Below are positions 25,432 through 32,000 of a stretch of 32,000 nucleotides of DNA, piece after piece. The DNA is taken from assembly GCF_000012545.1 (NCBI RefSeq), contig NC_007681.1:1440001-1472000 (forward strand). The letters run 5' to 3'. Each line of letters opens with the position of its first letter. Position 1 is the first letter of the stretch. Origin of the DNA: Methanosphaera stadtmanae DSM 3091 (GTDB lineage Archaea; Methanobacteriota; Methanobacteria; Methanobacteriales; Methanobacteriaceae). Made by a program: the position numbers and the translations under genes. The notes under the pieces were generated by a model. It searched no databases. It was given only the letters and a program-made list of their open reading frames with translations, and was not told where the DNA came from.

Positions 25432-26727
25432 ATGAAAGCTATAATTTTAACTGCAGGTGAAGGAACAAGAATGCGTCCTTTAACAACAACACGACCTAAA
25501 ACAATGCTTATAACTGGTGGAAAACCATTAATACAATATAATATTGAATCATTAAGAGATGCTGGAATAAAAGACATTACTCTCGTTGTAGGCTATAAAA
25601 AAGAAGTTATTGAAGATTATTTTGGTGATGGAAGTGAATATGGAGTAAATATTACTTATGCTGTGCAAGAGGGCCAGTTAGGAACTGCCCATGCCATAGG
25701 TAGTGCTGAAGAATATATTGATGAAAGTTTCATAGTTTTAAATGGGGATATAATTGTAAGTTACGATCTTATCAGAAATTTAATTGAAAAATATGCAACT
25801 AGAACTAGTAACAATGTAAAATCTGTATTAACATTAATTGAAGTAGATGATCCATCAAGTTATGGTATTGTTTCAACAGAAAATGGTAAAATAACAGAGA
25901 TTATTGAAAAACCTTCAGTTGAAGATGCTCCAAGTAATCTTGCTAATGCAGGAATTTATTTATTTAGTCCAGAAATATTTGATGCTATAAGAAAAACTGA
26001 GTTATCCAAACGTGGAGAATATGAAATTACTGATTCATTAGATATAGAATTATCTGAAGGATGGGAAATATTAGGTCTTATTTCTAATGAAAAATGGATG
26101 GATGTTGGAAGACCATGGGAATTATTAGAATGTAATCAGGATTTCCTTGAAAAAATGGACGATAGTATTGAGGGCGAAATTGAAGATAATGTAACTATTC
26201 ATGGTCCAGTACATCTTGGTAAAGGTAGTATCATTAGATCGGGTTGTTATATTCAAGGTCCTGTATTTATTGGTGAAAACTGTGATGTTGGACCTAACAC
26301 TTATCTTAGACCATATGCATGTTTATGTAACGATATAGATGTTGGTAATGCTGTTGAAATTAAAAATAGTATTATTATGGATGGAACTAATGTTAATCAT
26401 TTATCATATGTTGGAGATTCAGTTATTGGTGTAAATTGTAATCTTGGTGCAGGTACTAATCTTGCTAACTTACGTTTTGATGATAAACATGTGCAAGTTA
26501 CTGTAAAGGGCAATAGAATTGATTCTGGTCGTAGAAAACTTGGAGCTATCTTTGGTGACGATGTGAAAACAGGAATTAATACTAGTGTTAATCCTGGTGT
26601 GAAAATTGGTAATGGTTCCTTTATAAATGCAGGTTGTGTTTTATATAGAGATATTGAATCATTTTCATTAGTTTCCACAGAAACTAATCTTATTGTTAAG
26701 AAGATAAAAGAAAAAAAAGAGAATTAA
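25432..26727 (+). CDS. glmU: Bifunctional sugar-1-phosphate nucleotidylyltransferase / acetyltransferase (archaeal GlmU type)
   Basis: The N-terminus LTAGEGTRMRPLTTTRPK is the nucleotidyltransferase signature. The C-terminal third consists of hexapeptide left-handed beta-helix repeats (IGENCDVGPNT, VGNAVEIKNS, IGVNCNLGAGT). Confidence 0.85.
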   Translation: MKAIILTAGEGTRMRPLTTTRPKTMLITGGKPLIQYNIESLRDAGIKDITLVVGYKKEVIEDYFGDGSEYGVNITYAVQEGQLGTAHAIGSAEEYIDESFIVLNGDIIVSYDLIRNLIEKYATRTSNNVKSVLTLIEVDDPSSYGIVSTENGKITEIIEKPSVEDAPSNLANAGIYLFSPEIFDAIRKTELSKRGEYEITDSLDIELSEGWEILGLISNEKWMDVGRPWELLECNQDFLEKMDDSIEGEIEDNVTIHGPVHLGKGSIIRSGCYIQGPVFIGENCDVGPNTYLRPYACLCNDIDVGNAVEIKNSIIMDGTNVNHLSYVGDSVIGVNCNLGAGTNLANLRFDDKHVQVTVKGNRIDSGRRKLGAIFGDDVKTGINTSVNPGVKIGNGSFINAGCVLYRDIESFSLVSTETNLIVKKIKEKKEN

Positions 26728-26731
26728 ATCC

Positions 26732-26744
26732 TTTTTTTCTTTTT
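26732..26744 (+). terminator. Oligo-T tracts after glmU
   Basis: TTTTTTTCTTTTT begins 5 nt after the stop codon. Confidence 0.4.
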
Positions 26745-27210
26745 AATAATAGAAATATTATTTTTTTAAATTAATGATACATATGATACAACCCATTTTT
26801 ATAAATTTTTAATACCACAACTATTTTTAGTAAAAAAAACCATGTAATATTATTAAGTATATAAAAAATAATCTATTTTATTAAAGCTACTTTTTATTTA
26901 ATTAATGTTTAAAATATTCAAAAATTTAATTTTTCCAATAAAATAATGTATTTACTGAAATCAAAACTATATTAAAATATCATATTTGATAATAATTAAT
27001 AATTATAAAAAAACACAACATATTAAAAATATTAAATAGTTATATAATACACAAGGAAAGATATTTCTGTTAAAGAAATACCCATAAAATAAAAAACAAT
27101 ATAATCTATTTATATTCAAAATAAAATAGAATTAAAGGCTATTTTTTAATATAAAAATAGAAGAAAATGTTGTTTCATATTTAATTAATAAAGAGAATAG
27201 GTGATTTAGT

Positions 27211-28431
27211 TTGAGTGAAACTATAGTAATATCCCCGACAAGTCGTCAAGAGGGACATGCAGAATTATCAATGGAAGTTGATGAGAACGGAATAGTAACA
27301 ACAGGACGTTACTTTAGTATTACACCTGTACGAGGAATAGAAAAAATGGTTATTGGAAAAAGACCAGAAACTGCTCCAGTACTTGTTCAAAGAATATGTG
27401 GAGTATGTCCAGTAACACATACATTAGCATCAGTTGAAGCAATTGATGATTCCCTAAAAATAGAAGTACCCCAAGCAGGACGTATTTTAAGAGAAATGTG
27501 TCTTAATGCACATATGATAAATAGTCATGCAATACACCACTTTTTAGTAGCTCCCGACTTTGTACCAGATAACCAGTATAAAGAAGTTGTTAAAAACATA
27601 TCAACAATAAGAAAAAATGCTCAATATGTTGAAGATACAGTTGGAGGAGAAGGAATTCATCCATCTGATATTAGAATTGGTGGTATGGCACATAACATAA
27701 CAAAAAATACAAAAAATAAAATTAAAACAAGAATCAGTGGGATGATGAAACTTCTAGAAGAACATGTGGAAACAATGGCTGGACTAATAGAAGATAAAGA
27801 TTTCCCAGACAAACTAGGAGCACATAATCAACCTGTATTTGCTTCAGATAATACATATGGTTCAAAAAATAATCTTTCTATTAATGAAATAGAAGAAATA
27901 TTACCAAGTTCTTGGTATGATCTTCCAGATATTGGAGAAAGAGCATGTTCACAAATTCCATTATATAAAGGAAATGTTGTAGAAACAGGACCTAGAGCAA
28001 GAGCATCAAAATTCCGTAAATTTAAAGAAGTAGGAGTTAAAGCACAACATCTTGCACGTGCACAAGAAATGATAAATTCTGCTGAAAAAATACTTGAATT
28101 AGTTGATAAACTTGATACATCTGCACAAGTAATGGCAGATTACACATTAGAAGGAACAAATCGTTTAGGTGTAGGAGTAATTGAAGGTCCAAGAGGAACA
28201 AATATTCATTCAGCAAAAATATCTCCAGAAGGATACATCAGTTATTATAATGCAATTGTACCTACAACATGGAATATTCCAACAATGGGACTTGCTACTG
28301 AAGGATTCCATCATGAATATGCTCCACATGTAATAAGAGCATACGACCCATGTTTATCATGTGCTACACATATGATTGTTAAAGATGATGAAACTAAAGA
28401 AGTATTAAAGGATGATATGGTTCAATTATAA
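27211..28431 (+). CDS. frhA: Coenzyme F420-reducing [NiFe] hydrogenase, alpha (large) subunit
   Basis: The N-terminus is [19 protein letters not shown]. The proximal Ni-binding motif is [11 protein letters not shown] and the distal motif is DPCLSCATH, followed by a 19-residue C-terminal extension. The TTG start has GGTGAT 6 nt upstream. Confidence 0.95.
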   Translation: MSETIVISPTSRQEGHAELSMEVDENGIVTTGRYFSITPVRGIEKMVIGKRPETAPVLVQRICGVCPVTHTLASVEAIDDSLKIEVPQAGRILREMCLNAHMINSHAIHHFLVAPDFVPDNQYKEVVKNISTIRKNAQYVEDTVGGEGIHPSDIRIGGMAHNITKNTKNKIKTRISGMMKLLEEHVETMAGLIEDKDFPDKLGAHNQPVFASDNTYGSKNNLSINEIEEILPSSWYDLPDIGERACSQIPLYKGNVVETGPRARASKFRKFKEVGVKAQHLARAQEMINSAEKILELVDKLDTSAQVMADYTLEGTNRLGVGVIEGPRGTNIHSAKISPEGYISYYNAIVPTTWNIPTMGLATEGFHHEYAPHVIRAYDPCLSCATHMIVKDDETKEVLKDDMVQL

Positions 28432-28445
28432 TTTGAAGGTATATT

Positions 28446-28919
28446 ATGTCATATAATCATGAAAATTTAATAGTAGGCTGTGGAAATATTCTCTTTGGAG
28501 ACGATGGTTTTGGTCCAAAGGTTATTGAATATATGAAAGAAAATAATGTTGAAATACCTGGAGATACTTGTTTAATTGATGGTGGAACTAGTGCTCCTCA
28601 TTATATTTTTACATTACCTCAAGACAAATGGAAAAATATTATAATCATAGACATTGCATTATTAAACAAAAAACCAGGCACTATTGAAGTTTTAAATTTA
28701 AATCAGGTGAAAGAAGAAGATAGATACATGGATATACATGGTATATCGGCTACATACCCATTACATGATTTAGAAGATAGAATCAACATTCAAATTGTGG
28801 GATGTCAACCAGAAAATGTTCCACAAGATATGGATTTAGAGTTAACAGAAACATTAAATGCAAGTATCCCTGAAGCTGTTGAAATTACTATTAAATTACT
28901 TAATAAAATGTTAAAATGA
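28446..28919 (+). CDS. frhD: F420-reducing hydrogenase delta subunit / maturation endopeptidase
   Basis: 157-aa ORF with the HycI/HybD-type protease N-terminus LIVGCGNILFGDDGFGPKV. It sits between frhA and frhG. Confidence 0.9.
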   Translation: MSYNHENLIVGCGNILFGDDGFGPKVIEYMKENNVEIPGDTCLIDGGTSAPHYIFTLPQDKWKNIIIIDIALLNKKPGTIEVLNLNQVKEEDRYMDIHGISATYPLHDLEDRINIQIVGCQPENVPQDMDLELTETLNASIPEAVEITIKLLNKMLK

Positions 28920-28956
28920 TTATATACTACAAAGGGAGATAAAACAATAAAAAAAG

Positions 28957-29736
28957 GTGAGTATCTTGTTTGAAAAACTTAAGAATTTATTAAAAAGTGA
29001 AAATGAAAAAAAGATTGAAGCTCCACAAACTAAAAAATCAGGTGATAAATTAAAAATAGGTTATATTCATTTATCTGGATGTACTGGAGATTTAATGTCT
29101 TTTACTGAAAATTATGATGATTTTGCAGATTTACTTGAAGCAGTAGATATTGTTTATGGACAAACATTAGTAGATGTTTGGGAAATGCCTGAGATGGATC
29201 TTGTTCTCATTGAAGGATCTGTGTGTTTAGAAGATAAACATTCACTAAAAGAATTAAAAGAAGCAAGAAGTAAATCTAAATTATTAGTTGCACTTGGATC
29301 TTGTGCTGCAACTGGTGGTTTTACAGTATATGCTAAAGGTGGACAACAAGCACAACCACAACATTCATCATTTTTAGCTCTACAAAACATTGTGAAAGTA
29401 GATCTTGCAGTGCCTGGATGTCCTCCATCACCCGATATAATAAAGAAAATTTTACTTGCTGCAATAAACAATGATATGGATTATCTTAAACCATTTATGG
29501 ATTTTGCATCCAATAAGGAAGTATGTGGCTGTGATTTACAGAAAAAAGTTTTAAATCACTCATTATGTATAGGTTGTGGAGCTTGTGCTGCAACATGCCC
29601 TACTCGTGCCATGAGTATGAAAGATGGAAGACCATTATTTAATTGTGATAGATGTGTAAAATGTGGTTTATGTTACTATCAATGTACACGTAGTTGGTTA
29701 CCAATAGACCAAATGAAAAAAGAAATAGGATATTAA
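28957..29736 (+). CDS. frhG: Coenzyme F420-reducing hydrogenase, gamma (small, Fe-S) subunit
   Basis: Small-subunit Cys pattern ([22 protein letters not shown]) plus C-terminal ferredoxin-like [12 protein letters not shown] and [11 protein letters not shown]. The start is ambiguous. The track uses GTG 28957, but GGTGA (28956-28960) lies 5 nt before TTG 28966, which may be the true start. Confidence 0.9.
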   Translation: MSILFEKLKNLLKSENEKKIEAPQTKKSGDKLKIGYIHLSGCTGDLMSFTENYDDFADLLEAVDIVYGQTLVDVWEMPEMDLVLIEGSVCLEDKHSLKELKEARSKSKLLVALGSCAATGGFTVYAKGGQQAQPQHSSFLALQNIVKVDLAVPGCPPSPDIIKKILLAAINNDMDYLKPFMDFASNKEVCGCDLQKKVLNHSLCIGCGACAATCPTRAMSMKDGRPLFNCDRCVKCGLCYYQCTRSWLPIDQMKKEIGY

Positions 29737-29750
29737 GGAGGAAATAAATT

Positions 29751-30647
29751 ATGATACAAGATTCAGTTCTTGGACCACATCAAGAAATTATAACAGCAAA
29801 AGCTGCAGACAACAAAGTTTTAAGTAAAGCTCAAGATGGTGGAATTGTATCTGCAATTCTTATCTATGCATTAGAAGAAAATATTATTGATGGTACTATT
29901 GTTGCTGGACCTGGAGATGAACCATGGAAACCAGAACCTCTTGTTGCTACAACAAAAAAAGAAATTTTAAAAGGTGCTGGAACTAAATATACCATGTGTC
30001 CTAACCTTTCGGTTATAAAAGAAGCAACACGTGAATATGGTCTTGAAAAGATTGGAACTGTTGGAACACCTTGTCAAGTTATGGGATTACGTAAAATGCA
30101 AACTTATCCTCTTGGTGTTAGAAATGTTGTTGATAAAATAGCCCTATCCATTGGTATTTATTGTATGGAAAACTTCCCATATGAATCTTTAAAAACTTTC
30201 ATCAATGATAAAGTCGGTGTTACACCATCACAAGTTACAAAAATGAACATTACTAAAGGTAAGTTATTTATAACCCATACTGGTGGTGAAGGTAAGATTC
30301 CTCTTAAAGAAACGCATGGTTATGAACAGGCGGGATGTAATTATTGTATGGATTATGTTGCTGAGTTGTCTGATTTATCTTGTGGGTCTGTTGGAGCAAA
30401 ACCTGGATGGTCTACTATTATTAAACGTACCGATAAAGGAGCTTCTTTAATTGATAAAGCTATTAAAGAAGGTGTTCTTGAAACAACAGAAACTAATGAA
30501 GGTAAATTTGGTTTAGAAATGCTTAGAAAATTATCTACTAATAAAAAGAAAAAACACCAAAAACGTATTGATAAACAGATTGATTATGGTCTTAATATGC
30601 CATTTACCCATTCAAAAGATAAAAATGATCCTCTTGAAAATAGGTAA
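29751..30647 (+). CDS. frhB: Coenzyme F420-reducing hydrogenase, beta (F420/FAD-binding) subunit
   Basis: The N-terminus ...AQDGGIVSAILIYALEENIIDGTIVAG is typical of FrhB. The strong SD AAGGAGG lies upstream, and the gene is last in the frhADGB order. Confidence 0.93.
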   Translation: MIQDSVLGPHQEIITAKAADNKVLSKAQDGGIVSAILIYALEENIIDGTIVAGPGDEPWKPEPLVATTKKEILKGAGTKYTMCPNLSVIKEATREYGLEKIGTVGTPCQVMGLRKMQTYPLGVRNVVDKIALSIGIYCMENFPYESLKTFINDKVGVTPSQVTKMNITKGKLFITHTGGEGKIPLKETHGYEQAGCNYCMDYVAELSDLSCGSVGAKPGWSTIIKRTDKGASLIDKAIKEGVLETTETNEGKFGLEMLRKLSTNKKKKHQKRIDKQIDYGLNMPFTHSKDKNDPLENR

Positions 30648-30649
30648 TC

Positions 30650-30681
30650 TTTTTACCCTATATATTTTTTTATTTTTTTTT
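30650..30681 (+). terminator. Multiple oligo-T tracts after frhB
   Basis: T5 (30650-54), T7 (30665-71) and T9 (30673-81) lie directly after the frhB stop codon. Confidence 0.5.
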
Positions 30682-30864
30682 ACTTATTAATTTACTAATT
30701 TTATGTGTGTTATGCCATTATTTTAAGTCTATTTTAAATTATTTTTATGTATATATTATTTAAGAGTATTTTTGTGCTTTATTTCATATTTAATATTATT
30801 AAAAACAATGCAAAATTTTTAGGTATACCAAAATATTTATATACTCAGGAAGTATAATATTAAA

Positions 30865-30923
30865 TTGACTAAGAAGTTTAGGTTATCCTAAATTCATATA
30901 AGCCATCCTAAACTATTAGTCAA
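30865..30923. other. 59-nt imperfect hairpin / inverted repeat in an ORF-free spacer
   Basis: TTGACTAA (30865-72) pairs with TTAGTCAA (30916-23), and GTTTAGG (30876-82) pairs with CCTAAAC (30907-13). An internal direct repeat ATCCTAAA allows an alternative local hairpin. A consensus TTTATATA lies at 30836-43. Confidence 0.35.
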
Positions 30924-31229
30924 TGACAAGTTAAACAAACAATTACAGACTATAAACATTAAATTAAAAGAATTAAAAACTATTACTCCTACACATAATC
31001 AAAACACGTGAATAAAAAAATAGTTTAAATAAATCACCTATTATTAATTAAAAATTCTTTTAAAAAAAAGTCTTAAAAATCCTCACTCCTTATTAAAAAA
31101 CATAATATAACTTGTAAAAAAAAAGAAAATAAAAAAAAATAAAACTCCCTAAGAACTCTAAAGAGAAATAATCTAAAGAGTAAATACAACTATTTTCTTT
31201 TTACATTAATTATCTTTTTTTTAAAATGA

Positions 31230-31799
31230 TTATTTATCTTCATTTATTAAAAAACAATATTCTCGTAGTCTATTATCATACTCCTTATAATCAGGAAACC
31301 TTTTCCTTATAATATTAAAAAATTCATCACTATGATCTAGAACTATTAAATGAACCAACTCATGATAAATAACATATTCAATTAAATCATTAGGTAGAAA
31401 TCTAAGATCTTTTGATAAAGTAATATTACCTAAACTACTACAACTTCCCCATTTAGTAGTCATGCTTCTAAATTGTACCCTATTAACCCTCACATTTAAT
31501 AAGTTTTCATATTTTTTAATATAATTCTTTGAGACTTCTTTTAAAATATTTAATGAATTATGTTCAATAGATTTATCCTTAGTTGATTGTCTTAATATAT
31601 TTTGAGACTTATGAAATTCCAGTATTTTATTATAAATCCAATTATCCTTCTTATGAATATAGTACTCAACATCTCCCCTAAAATGCTTAGGTAAAATTAA
31701 CTTAAGAACACCTCTTGATAATTCATAACGAACATATTTAACATCACGATAATCAACAATGTACTCCACTTCTATATCCCTAATTCTAATCTTAAACAT
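31230..31799 (-). CDS. DUF45/YgjP (WLM-like) zinc metallopeptidase-fold protein
   Basis: 189-aa ORF. The C-terminal VIYHELVHLIVLDHSDEFFNIIRKRFPDYKE carries the HExxH motif in the characteristic DUF45 context, and RFLPNDLIEYV precedes it. Confidence 0.75.
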   Translation of the reverse strand: MFKIRIRDIEVEYIVDYRDVKYVRYELSRGVLKLILPKHFRGDVEYYIHKKDNWIYNKILEFHKSQNILRQSTKDKSIEHNSLNILKEVSKNYIKKYENLLNVRVNRVQFRSMTTKWGSCSSLGNITLSKDLRFLPNDLIEYVIYHELVHLIVLDHSDEFFNIIRKRFPDYKEYDNRLREYCFLINEDK

Positions 31800-31965
31800 G
31801 AAAAAAATTCCATTAATAATTCTTTCTAAATATTATTTATCATACAACAATTAATAAATAACTATTTACTTCAAATACAAAACACTAATAATTCATATTG
31901 TTATATATAATAATAGATTATGTTAATTTTAATTAACTCATAGACAAAAATCAAGGAAATAAAAC

Positions 31966-32000
31966 ATGAATATAAAAGAAGTTGATGTATTAATCATAGG
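31966..32000 (+). CDS. 5' fragment of a probable FAD/NAD(P)-binding oxidoreductase (truncated by window edge)
   Basis: ATG 31966 opens MNIKEVDVLIIG..., the start of a Rossmann dinucleotide-binding beta-strand plus Gly loop. Only 11 codons are visible. Confidence 0.3.
   Translation, partial: MNIKEVDVLII

Noticed and set aside
27211-28431. Possible selenocysteine-containing (Fru-type) hydrogenase large subunit
   Set aside because: The reading frame has no in-frame TGA. Both Ni-binding motifs carry Cys (RICGVC, DPCLSC), so this is the Cys-type Frh.
1-32000. Window-wide search for CRISPR arrays, tRNA/rRNA genes, IS elements, prophage or defence islands
   Set aside because: I found no regularly spaced direct repeats. 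There are no GC-rich islands of the kind structural RNAs form in AT-rich archaeal genomes. No transposase, integrase, phage-like or known defence-gene signatures appear in any ORF.

Overview
This is a very AT-rich archaeal (methanogen) chromosomal segment, densely packed with core genes on both strands. Gene content points to the order Methanobacteriales. The evidence is a complete F420-reducing hydrogenase operon (frhADGB), a stand-alone C-terminal piece of a split family-B DNA polymerase as described for Methanothermobacter, a MurD-like ligase, archaeal r-proteins S8e, S3Ae and L40e, GGGP synthase, archaeal-type ApgM, and Shine-Dalgarno motifs (GGTGAT, GGAGG, AGGAG) complementary to an ...AUCACCUCC 16S 3' end. 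The composition fits Methanosphaera/Methanobrevibacter-like genomes, but I cannot verify the species. I support 32 protein-coding genes. One of them, rpl40e at 17228-17374, is missing from the ORF track, and one is only a 5' fragment at the right edge. I also call several oligo-T terminators. I found no rRNA, tRNA, CRISPR array, transposase, integrase or recognisable defence gene. Several ORF-track starts were moved or questioned using SD spacing (CBS protein, rps8e, frhG, hypD). Overall this is an ordinary housekeeping region, and I do not see a convincing multi-gene novel system. The items most worth follow-up are: (1) an uncharacterised 290-aa protein (19767-20639) with a degenerate primase/AEP-like motif pattern; (2) the block 11055-15422, which holds a MurD-like ligase, a protein made of two tandem copies of an unknown domain, a sequon-dense secreted protein with a VanW-like C-terminus, and an orphan MobA-like nucleotidyltransferase; (3) the split PolB thumb gene translationally coupled to rps8e; (4) a canonical-type SerRS in a lineage where a relative uses the methanogen-type enzyme; (5) two structured elements in long ORF-free spacers (20821-20866 and 30865-30923). 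All homology statements come from reading motifs by eye and from memory of family signatures. No database search was run.
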